From positions 1 through 40,095 of IMG/VR virus record IMGVR_UViG_3300016654_000300: DNA of 40,095 nucleotides, one strand, 5' to 3'. Shown here in pieces: positions 1 to 6,953 of this stretch. Both the position numbers and the translations under genes were made by a program. Source of the stretch: a virus. Its lineage: Duplodnaviria; Caudoviricetes. Under the pieces are notes generated by a model. The model saw only the letters and a program-made list of their open reading frames with translations, was not told the DNA's origin and made no database searches. Each line of letters starts with the position of its first letter. Within the stretch, counting starts at the first letter, position 1.

Positions 1-1
1 A

Positions 2-29
2 TGTACCAATCACTTTCGGAATTGTACCA
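2..29 (+). repeat. TGTACCA direct repeat, possible integrase arm-type sites
   Basis: TGTACCA at 2-8 and 23-29, 21 bp apart, immediately upstream of int. Confidence 0.4.
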
Positions 30-36
30 GTCGATT

Positions 37-1161
37 ATGGCAACGATCAGAGCACGAAAACGCACCGATGGCTCAGTCAGTTACACGGCACAGATACGCC
101 TGTTTCGCGATGGAGTGCAAGTCTACCAAGAGAGCCAGACCTTCGCCCGGAAACAGGCGGCACAAGCGTGGGTGCGGCGACGTGAGGCAGAGCTAGATCA
201 GCCTGGTGCGATTGAGCGGGCGAACCGCAAGGGCGTCACCGTTCAGGACATGATCAAGCAGTACCTGGATGAAATGGAGAAAGTCCGGCCGTTGGGTAAA
301 ACCAAGGAAGCCACTCTAAATGCTATCGCGGCGACGGAGTTTGGCCAGACCGTTGATTCGGCTATCAACAGTCAACGATTGGTGGATTTTGCACTCTGGC
401 GAATGAGTAAAGAGGGCGGCGGCGTCCAGCCGCAGACGGCTGGCAACGATTTGGCGCACCTTGGGGCTGTCCTTTCGATTGCGCGTCCCGCTTGGGGGTA
501 TGAGGTAGACCCTCACGCGATGCCGGACGCTCGGAAGGTGTTGAGGAAGCTCGGCTACAACATGAAGAGTCGGGAGCGCGATCGCCGTCCAACCAAGAAC
601 GAGCTGGATAAACTTTTGGAGCACTTCGTCAGCATGCAGCATCGGCGGCCTAGTTCGATCAACATGCTGAAGGTGATTGGCTTCGCGATTTTTTCCACGC
701 GGCGGCAGGATGAGATAAGCCGAATTGTGTGGGACGACGTCGATGAGTCAAATCAGCGGGTGCTGGTGAGAGATATGAAAAACCCTGGGCAGAAAATTGG
801 CAATGATGTTTGGTGCCACCTACCCGACGAAGCCTGGAGAATTCTGCAAAGCATGCCAAAAGAGCGTGCGGAAATTTTCCCCTACAACTCTTCGTCGATC
901 TCTACGGCCTGGGCGAAGGCGTGCAAGTTTCTGGAGATTGAAGATCTTCACTTCCACGATCTGAGACACGACGGAGTGAGTCGGTTGTTTGAGATGGATT
1001 GGGATATCCCGCGAGTGGCCAGCGTGTCCGGGCACCGGGACTGGAACTCGTTGCGTAGGTATACCCATCTTCGCGGGAAGGGTGACCACTATGCCGACTG
1101 GACGTGGTTGGAGAAAATCATTCAGGCGCCCGTGAAGTTGGGCGCCTGGGGTAAGCAATAA
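37..1161 (+). CDS. int: Tyrosine recombinase/integrase, resembling the dusA-associated (shufflon Rci-like) integrase family
   Basis: Catalytic motifs STRRQDEI (R), HFHDLRHDG (HxxR), SGHRDW (H) and RRYTHL (Y). Start placed at ATG 37 (MATIRARK); the ORF is open from position 1. Subfamily is from recall. Confidence 0.93.
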   Translation: MATIRARKRTDGSVSYTAQIRLFRDGVQVYQESQTFARKQAAQAWVRRREAELDQPGAIERANRKGVTVQDMIKQYLDEMEKVRPLGKTKEATLNAIAATEFGQTVDSAINSQRLVDFALWRMSKEGGGVQPQTAGNDLAHLGAVLSIARPAWGYEVDPHAMPDARKVLRKLGYNMKSRERDRRPTKNELDKLLEHFVSMQHRRPSSINMLKVIGFAIFSTRRQDEISRIVWDDVDESNQRVLVRDMKNPGQKIGNDVWCHLPDEAWRILQSMPKERAEIFPYNSSSISTAWAKACKFLEIEDLHFHDLRHDGVSRLFEMDWDIPRVASVSGHRDWNSLRRYTHLRGKGDHYADWTWLEKIIQAPVKLGAWGKQ

Positions 1162-1437
1162 TTAGCTGGCTCGACAGTATCCGTTGAGCTGGTTGCATTC
1201 CTTTACTGCTGCCTCCCTTTGCAAGTCGAGGTATGCGGCGAGGTCGCTGATGTGAATTCCCTTTGCGCTTTTCTGGCTGGATTCGAGGCGGGTGATCGGG
1301 ATTTTGATCTGGCCGGCCATCACCTTGCGCTGAAACATGTCGGTGGTTAGGTGTGTGAAGTAATCTTTACACACCTGGTCTAGCGGGATGATGGCTCGGC
1401 CGTTGTATTGCGCCATCAGGATGAACGCGGTGTTCAT
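1162..1437 (-). CDS. Pyocin activator PrtN-family protein (possible excisionase/RDF)
   Basis: MNTAFILMAQYNGRAIIPLDQVCKDYF...KGIHISDLAAYLD matches PrtN-family motifs; convergent with int, stop codons abutting. Confidence 0.85.
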   Translation of the reverse strand: MNTAFILMAQYNGRAIIPLDQVCKDYFTHLTTDMFQRKVMAGQIKIPITRLESSQKSAKGIHISDLAAYLDLQREAAVKECNQLNGYCRAS

Positions 1438-1619
1438 GAGTTGTCTCCTGCGCGTCTGGCAACGCCTTCTGCTTGGCGCAATTTGCTGCACTTTTGATGG
1501 TTGCCGTGGGCTCGCGACATATTGCATTTGTCGCAGATCGTGACCAGATCAAGGGGCGGCATTCGCCCACGCCGGATGCGCACCATCGGCGTGCTGAATA
1601 GAATCGAGCGCTCTTTCAC
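1434..1619 (-). CDS. Small hypothetical protein with CxxC...H..C motif
   Basis: 61 aa; 4-bp ATGA/GTGA-type overlaps with both neighbours; GGAGA SD of the next gene lies in its 3' end. Confidence 0.6.
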   Translation of the reverse strand: MKERSILFSTPMVRIRRGRMPPLDLVTICDKCNMSRAHGNHQKCSKLRQAEGVARRAGDNS

Positions 1620-2035
1620 GCTGCATCCTCCTGAATTGCTGGAACAAGAAGAGCTGCCATGGCAAGTGCTCTATCGCGTAGCTCAATCGTGTCTCTTTCG
1701 AGTTTTTTACCTGTGCGGAAGGCGGCGAACGTCTCGGCGGCAATCCGAAGCTTCTCGGCGATGTCGAGTAGCGCCTGACGATCGGTTTCGCCGAGGGCCA
1801 GTCCTTCTTGAAGGCGCTTGCTGAATTGCGCCAGGCGGGCGTGGTCAGCCTTAATGAAGTCGAGGGAAGCCTTCAAATCGCAAATGGTCTTTGCGCTTTC
1901 GGCCCGCTGGATCGCATCGCTTTCTTTCATGCCTGCGGACATACCGTCGTTATGCCCCATGACATAACCGGCCCAGACAAGTAGTCCGGCCAAGATGATC
2001 AGGGCGATGAGTGCGTAGATTTGAATTGCAGTCAT
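1616..2035 (-). CDS. Hypothetical phage protein with N-terminal transmembrane helix and coiled coil
   Basis: Hydrophobic IYALIALIILAGLLVWAGYV; GAGG SD upstream; in operon. Confidence 0.8.
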   Translation of the reverse strand: MTAIQIYALIALIILAGLLVWAGYVMGHNDGMSAGMKESDAIQRAESAKTICDLKASLDFIKADHARLAQFSKRLQEGLALGETDRQALLDIAEKLRIAAETFAAFRTGKKLERDTIELRDRALAMAALLVPAIQEDAA

Positions 2036-2107
2036 GTGCTGTGTACCTCAGTAGATCCCTCCGCCGGGATACTTGGTGAGAGGCCGGCGGAGGGGGGATT
2101 GGTGTTG

Positions 2108-2920
2108 TTAACCCAAGTTGAAATTGCCAATTGTCAATTGCGCGCCGCCCCCGACTTCGTGCTGCACGACTTCCTTGAATTCTTGTGCCAAGTCTTCGCG
2201 AAGCTGTTCTTCTCCAATCCAGCGCAGGCGCAGAAGGGGTTTATCCCCACCGGTAAGAACGGCTACACGCAGGCGGATGATCTGGACTTTCAGCCCTTCA
2301 TATGGCTCGACGGTGAACAGGAATTCAGCAGGCAACCCTTCTGAGGACTTCGCCTCAATCTGGTCCATCGCTGAACGGGAGGCGCTTAGGTCGCCGACGA
2401 TGTGTTCGCTCTTGCGTGCTTGCTCGATGCTGATGGAGCGGATGGCACTCGCGGCTTTACGCAAATCGATGGGAGTGTCATCAGCCGCTAGGGCTTGGAG
2501 ATTCGATGCCCAATCCTCGATCCAATCGCTGAGGTCTTTCTGTGCGAACTGAATGGAGGCCGCACGCTCCAGCGCCCGGAACGCAGCAGTTTTTCTCAAG
2601 TTCAGGGTGGCGGTGAAGTCGCCGTGCCCTGGTGACTTGGTGTCGCCCAGGTTGAAAATGACTGTGCACGACATTGCTTCGGCGTCCACAAAACCAGACG
2701 CGACAACCTCGGCACTTTGCGTCATAACGTAATTGCCGAAGTCCAGCAGCGAGTGAGTAGTGAGCGCGCCGCGGAACCGGCTACGAGCGGCTTGAAATTT
2801 CTCGATGCTGTGGATCTTCTGGTCAGACGGCAATACCAGCGCTGGGGTGAAAGTATCCAGCGGCTTGGCATAGGCCAGAACGGCGGTGTCCTGAATCAAC
2901 TGAATTGCTTTGGCTTCCAT
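2108..2920 (-). CDS. DUF2303 (YfdQ-like) phage protein
   Basis: RSRFRG, QKDLSDWIEDW, SRSAMDQIEAKS and PYEGL motifs; AAGGAAG SD. Confidence 0.85.
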   Translation of the reverse strand: MEAKAIQLIQDTAVLAYAKPLDTFTPALVLPSDQKIHSIEKFQAARSRFRGALTTHSLLDFGNYVMTQSAEVVASGFVDAEAMSCTVIFNLGDTKSPGHGDFTATLNLRKTAAFRALERAASIQFAQKDLSDWIEDWASNLQALAADDTPIDLRKAASAIRSISIEQARKSEHIVGDLSASRSAMDQIEAKSSEGLPAEFLFTVEPYEGLKVQIIRLRVAVLTGGDKPLLRLRWIGEEQLREDLAQEFKEVVQHEVGGGAQLTIGNFNLG

Positions 2921-2961
2921 TGAATCGACTTCCTTTGGTGAGAGGTTTGGAATCGAACGGT

Positions 2962-3312
2962 TTAGGACTTCGCGTGAATCGGTGCGTCGTCGCGGTTGAA
3001 TAGCTGACCGGCGCGGGGGGCTTCGGCGAACAAAGTCAGGCGACCGCCCTCATTAACGTGCATCGGGGTATCGAGGGTGGTGTCCTCGGTACGGCTGCCG
3101 CGTTTGGTAGGCACCTTGTAGGCGAGCTTGTGATTGACGGTGACTTGATGACTGTTGGCGATCTGCTTCAAGGTGAAGGTCAGAGTGACCGAGCCGACCT
3201 TGCCGTTATCAACTACTCCCGATGCCACTTCAGAAAGGGCGTGACCGATCTGATTGGCGAAGACGCCTGCGTTGAGTTCGCCGATGAATTCGGCCGTATC
3301 CGTAGGTTTCAT
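2962..3312 (-). CDS. Conserved phage protein usually paired with DUF2303
   Basis: FIGELNAGVF...HKLAYKVPTKRG...TPMHVNEGGRLTLF; synteny with DUF2303. Confidence 0.8.
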   Translation of the reverse strand: MKPTDTAEFIGELNAGVFANQIGHALSEVASGVVDNGKVGSVTLTFTLKQIANSHQVTVNHKLAYKVPTKRGSRTEDTTLDTPMHVNEGGRLTLFAEAPRAGQLFNRDDAPIHAKS

Positions 3313-3372
3313 GTGCTGTGCCTATTTATGTGCGATTTGTTTGCCCCTGGACGGCAGAGACGACCGTTGAAA

Positions 3373-3615
3373 TCAAGCCGCTTGCTTTGCCGCTTGGGCG
3401 TCGAGGAACTCGGCCAGGTCGTGCAGGTACACCACTCGTTGTGCGCGAGCCGACCCGTGCAAACGCTTCACGACCAGCGCGATACGACCTGCCTTGATCT
3501 CGGCCAGTAGGTAGCGGTCGGTGCGAATGTGTGCGAAGTACTGTTCCCGAACAGCGGCCAGGGTCGGGCATGGAGTAGCGAACTGACGTCGCAATTGTTC
3601 AAGTGTGTTGCTCAC
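3373..3615 (-). CDS. Second PrtN-family protein
   Basis: TLAAVREQYFAHI...IKAGRI...VYLHDLAEFLD parallels the 1162-1437 product. Confidence 0.75.
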   Translation of the reverse strand: MSNTLEQLRRQFATPCPTLAAVREQYFAHIRTDRYLLAEIKAGRIALVVKRLHGSARAQRVVYLHDLAEFLDAQAAKQAA

Positions 3616-3995
3616 GCTGCGTTCTCCCCGAACCCCTCCGATGGGGGCAGCAACTTGAGGCGAATCAGCTCGGCGAGGCCTTCCTTACTTTTGCCCATTG
3701 CAGCCGCACAAATGTTGCCCTTGGCGTCAGCCACTACCGCGCCGAATGGGTACTCAGGCGAGTTGGTCGGCGTAACGTAGGCGACTTGCCCGTCAAGGAT
3801 CACGTTGTTTACGCAGCGGAATACCTCGGCCAACTCGGTGCTTAGTACGGGCATGCTTTCCAGTAACTGGATGGCTTCCGTCGAGGCGCCAACGAGCGTT
3901 GCGCGGCTGACTACCCCCGGGCAGTTCAAGTAGATCGGGATCAGCTTCAGGGCGCCGAGGGCTTGCGTGTAGGCATTGAGGTTGTTGGTTTTCAT
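3612..3995 (-). CDS. Hypothetical phage protein
   Basis: Start at ATG 3995 (MKTNNLN) overlapping the upstream stop; AAGGA SD. Confidence 0.7.
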   Translation of the reverse strand: MKTNNLNAYTQALGALKLIPIYLNCPGVVSRATLVGASTEAIQLLESMPVLSTELAEVFRCVNNVILDGQVAYVTPTNSPEYPFGAVVADAKGNICAAAMGKSKEGLAELIRLKLLPPSEGFGENAA

Positions 3996-4267
3996 GCAGC
4001 GGCGTCCTTTTTGGTAATGATGATTCCTAGCTTCTTGGCCAGCCATTCGATCCCTTCTTCCTTCACCATCACCACGGAGTAATGACGGCATTTGTTGAGG
4101 GACGGAACCACGGTGCTGCGCGGATCCGAATACAGATAGCCGCGATCACGGTGCTGGCTGGCTAGATCGCCACTGCTGTTGAGAATGCTCAGCTCGCGCA
4201 ACCTGGTGCGGAAGGCGCGGGGCTTGAGTCCGAGCAATGCGGCTGTTTCGTCCAGGGTGCGATTCAT
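3992..4267 (-). CDS. Antirepressor KilA-C (ANT) domain protein
   Basis: TLDETAALLGLKPRAFRTRLRE...GYL...VKEEGIEWLAKKL pattern; GAGGA SD. Confidence 0.7.
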   Translation of the reverse strand: MNRTLDETAALLGLKPRAFRTRLRELSILNSSGDLASQHRDRGYLYSDPRSTVVPSLNKCRHYSVVMVKEEGIEWLAKKLGIIITKKDAAA

Positions 4268-4277
4268 GGCGCAGTCC

Positions 4278-4649
4278 TCAGGCAGCGATCAGTTTGCGAA
4301 CGCGGGCAAGCAATGCTTCCGAGTCCGCAAGTGCTCGATCAATTCGCGCCAGTCGGCCGGACTGCTCGGGTGGCGCGGGTTGAGCTGATTCAATTCGGCC
4401 GTTCGCAATGTCCTGGATGAAATCCCGCAGGTGCAGGTGATTGGCTCGGTCCGACCGCTTGAGGGTCAGTTCGCCGGTGTGACCTCCCAATTCAACGCTG
4501 ACGACTGCGCTGTTTTGAGTGAGCTCCACATTAAAGCTTGCATAGATGGTTTGCTCTGGTCGTTGAAGAGGGCACACGGCACCTCCACCAACCTGGAGCA
4601 TGTGATGCAACAGGTCTTGTTTAGTGAGGGGGATGAGGTAGTTATTCAT
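4278..4649 (-). CDS. Hypothetical phage protein
   Basis: 123 aa, coupled to upstream gene by ATGA overlap, GGAGA SD. Confidence 0.7.
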   Translation of the reverse strand: MNNYLIPLTKQDLLHHMLQVGGGAVCPLQRPEQTIYASFNVELTQNSAVVSVELGGHTGELTLKRSDRANHLHLRDFIQDIANGRIESAQPAPPEQSGRLARIDRALADSEALLARVRKLIAA

Positions 4650-4855
4650 GCCGCATCGTCTCCGAGCGGCCCGGCAGTGGCTTCGGATGCGTTAGCGATA
4701 ATGACTGGCCTGATAGCGGCGGTACGGCCCTTGGGGTTGCTGACGACGAGAAGTCCCGTTCGAAGCTGTAGGTCTTCAACTGCGGCGCGACTGCTGCATG
4801 CGGAGGGGTGCAGGTAAACAGGGCAGCGGGTGTCGCTTTGCTGTGTGATTTGCAT
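4646..4855 (-). CDS. Hypothetical protein, first gene of leftward early operon
   Basis: 69 aa (CPVYLHPSAC...LQLRTGLLVV) directly downstream of the pL-like promoter. Confidence 0.7.
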   Translation of the reverse strand: MQITQQSDTRCPVYLHPSACSSRAAVEDLQLRTGLLVVSNPKGRTAAIRPVIIANASEATAGPLGDDAA

Positions 4856-4892
4856 GGGTTGATCTCTTTGGTGAGAGGTAGATTCCGATGCA

Positions 4893-4934
4893 AAATTAGT
4901 GTTACTGATTTAATATGTCAACAGTATCACTTAT
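4893..4934 (-). promoter_or_regulatory. pL-like sigma70 promoter with two putative CI operators
   Basis: Minus strand TTGACA (4921-4916), 17 bp, TAATTT (4898-4893). Quasi-palindromes ATTAG-TGTTA-CTGAT (4895-4909) and AACAG-TATCA-CTTAT (4920-4934). Confidence 0.8.
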
Positions 4935-4962
4935 AAAATTTGGTAAATAAAATTAGTAGACG

Positions 4963-4987
4963 AAAAAAAAGACCCTTACGGGCCTTT
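4963..4987 (-). terminator. Intrinsic terminator of cI
   Basis: Minus strand AAAGGCCC-GTAA-GGGTCTTT followed by T run, just after the cI stop. Confidence 0.85.
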
Positions 4988-5000
4988 GGGGAGAGATCTC

Positions 5001-5798
5001 TTAAAGCATGACTGAGTACCAGAAAACCTTCCCGATGATACGAATGTGCTGTTGGACGTAGTCGCCATCGTAGCGTTCGTCCGGGTGTTCCTCGGTGTTG
5101 TAGCTCCGTAGGCGCAAACCTGAGCCTGGCAATCGATAGAGAAGCTTCACGCGCAACTGTCCGTCATGATCAATGGCGTACATCTTGCCGTCCTGAACGA
5201 CTGTATTCGCGGTGTCTACACCCACGGTACTGCCATCCGGAAGCACTGGCTCCATGCTGTTCCCAGTTACTGGAGCGCAACCTGCAGAAGCAGGATCGAT
5301 GCTTTTTCTTTTGAGAGTACGTTTCCCGAAGCGAAGCTTACGTCCGTTTGTTTCAAGCCTAACTTGAGATCCATTACCCGCAGACAATTCCACTTCCTTA
5401 AAGAATGGCAGCTCTACTTCATCAGGCCCGAGCGGGGTCTCGTCATCCCACACTTCAATCTGATGCATTTCCCAGTCGCGGGTTCTTGAGCTTTCATTGC
5501 CGCCCTGCGAATGCCGCAGGCGGGGCATTTCGGCGAGAGCAGCGAGACGTGGACTTACCTCTTCAAGCGAAAAGCCCAAGACATTCGAAAATTTGATCAG
5601 CGCTCCGATGTTGAGAGGGATTCGGCCATTTAAATATTGGCTGACAACGCTTTGCCCAGCCCATTCGCACAGATCGGCGATTTTGTCCTGGGTAAGGGAG
5701 GGATCATGCCGTTTGCGGTCCTGATAAATAGCCTTCAAGCGCATGGCTTCGGCTTTTCGGGTCTCGTCGTCGGCAGAAAAGGGTATCGAGGTAATCAT
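5001..5798 (-). CDS. cI: CI-like repressor (HTH + S24 autocleavage peptidase, PrtR-like)
   Basis: HTH LTQDKIADLCEWAGQSVVSQYLNG; ELSAGNG cleavage site; GNSMEP (Ser) and RVKLL (Lys). Start ambiguous; ATG 5798 chosen. Confidence 0.92.
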   Translation of the reverse strand: MITSIPFSADDETRKAEAMRLKAIYQDRKRHDPSLTQDKIADLCEWAGQSVVSQYLNGRIPLNIGALIKFSNVLGFSLEEVSPRLAALAEMPRLRHSQGGNESSRTRDWEMHQIEVWDDETPLGPDEVELPFFKEVELSAGNGSQVRLETNGRKLRFGKRTLKRKSIDPASAGCAPVTGNSMEPVLPDGSTVGVDTANTVVQDGKMYAIDHDGQLRVKLLYRLPGSGLRLRSYNTEEHPDERYDGDYVQQHIRIIGKVFWYSVML

Positions 5799-5810
5799 GC
5801 ATCCCAATTT

Positions 5811-5884
5811 ATAAGGAAGACTTATTTTATCAAAACAGCAGCACGTCTTTTTTTCTTGCTGTTTAAAAGAAGTAACACTAATAT
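5811..5884 (+). promoter_or_regulatory. pR-like promoter and OR operators
   Basis: TTGCTG (5856-5861), 17 bp, TAATAT (5879-5884). Operators ATAAG-GAAGA-CTTAT (5811-5825) and AGAAG-TAACA-CTAAT (5868-5882); the latter shares 12 bp with the reverse complement of 4895-4906. Confidence 0.75.
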
Positions 5885-5916
5885 CCATGCCGCAACGCCC
5901 ATTCGAGGAAACGTGG

Positions 5917-6126
5917 ATGGCAAACGAAATAGGAATTCCCTTGGGAGATTTCGCCGAGGGTAAGACTCAACCAGAGCTGGCTTTACTGATCGGGGTATCG
6001 CAAAGCGCTGTCTCTCAAATGCTCAACTCAGCTCGTGATATTCGAGTTCGGGTTGATGAGAAGGGGGCCTGTACAGCGGTAGAGATTCGTCCAATTGGAT
6101 CGCGCCGCAAGGCCAGGGCCGCTTAA
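5917..6126 (+). CDS. cro: Cro-like repressor
   Basis: HTH TQPELALLIGVSQSAVSQML, divergent from cI, GAGGA SD. Confidence 0.88.
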   Translation: MANEIGIPLGDFAEGKTQPELALLIGVSQSAVSQMLNSARDIRVRVDEKGACTAVEIRPIGSRRKARAA

Positions 6127-6131
6127 AGGGT

Positions 6132-6205
6132 GTCGAGCTGGGGCCTCTCACCAAAGAATCCCCCAGCCCGACTACGACGATACACAGCACATGCACATCG
6201 GTCGT
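6132..6205 (-). ncRNA. Candidate two-hairpin antisense sRNA
   Basis: Promoter-like TAGCCA-17-TATCCT (6240-6212, minus). Two stems close with G-U pairs only on the minus strand. Loop regions are complementary to sites at 2033-2045, 2072-2083, 2933-2945, 3310-3320 and 4865-4878. Confidence 0.6.
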
Positions 6206-6265
6206 GGTCATAGGATAGGGTTTGCCCTGGGCTATGGCTACACCGTAAACAGGGGATTTACGGTT

Positions 6266-6754
6266 ATGAGTCGCACAGATCTTTTGCCGGACGCTGGTCC
6301 GGTTCTGCCACTACGCCAAGCGATTTATCGCGCTGGTCGTGACTACAAGGGCGGAATCACCGCCCTTGCCTTTGAAATGGTGTTGGACAACGACACCCTC
6401 CAGAAGAAACTCAAGCTCGATGAAGAACGCCGCTGGCTGAATCCAGATGAGCTTGAGGAAGTGATCAGGCTGACCGCTGATCCACGCTTGCTGGACGCAT
6501 TGATGCGTCCAGCAGGTGCGGTTTGGTACCGGCCCGTGCCCGTACCGGCAACCCGTGATGCCTTGAAGGCGGTTGGTAAGCTACTCGGGGAAACCGGTGA
6601 ATTCGTGGCCAAGATGCACGACGGCGCGGCGGACAACGTCTGGGAGCTTCATGAAGTCGTGGATCTGGAAAAGCACGGAATGGATGTGATCCGCGAAGTC
6701 CTTGGAATCATGGCGGGCGCTCGTCAGGCGATGGAGGATCGCATCAATGGCTGA
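6266..6754 (+). CDS. cII: Phage regulatory CII-family protein
   Basis: YKGGITALAFEM...TLQKKL...LNPDELEEVI; position after cro. Confidence 0.75.
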   Translation: MSRTDLLPDAGPVLPLRQAIYRAGRDYKGGITALAFEMVLDNDTLQKKLKLDEERRWLNPDELEEVIRLTADPRLLDALMRPAGAVWYRPVPVPATRDALKAVGKLLGETGEFVAKMHDGAADNVWELHEVVDLEKHGMDVIREVLGIMAGARQAMEDRING

Positions 6755-6953
6755 TGATATCGACCGCGCAAACGAGCAGGCGCAATACCTGCTTGATGTT
6801 GCTATTCATCGCAGTCGCCGCGTGCCATCGAGCCGCGTTAGCGCGCAGTTCTGTGACGACTGCGACGAACCAATCCCGTTGCTTCGACAGCAGAAGGTTG
6901 AAGGTTGCGAGACCTGCATCTCTTGTCAGGAGTTGCGGGAGGCCCGGCGATGA
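6747..6953 (+). CDS. TraR/DksA C4-type zinc finger protein
   Basis: MADDIDRANE...CDDCDEPIP...R...GCETCISCQ. Confidence 0.9.
   Translation: MADDIDRANEQAQYLLDVAIHRSRRVPSSRVSAQFCDDCDEPIPLLRQQKVEGCETCISCQELREARR

Noticed and set aside
5799-5888. N-terminal 30-aa extension of CI in the ORF track
   Set aside because: It overlaps the operators and pR promoter and has non-protein-like composition.
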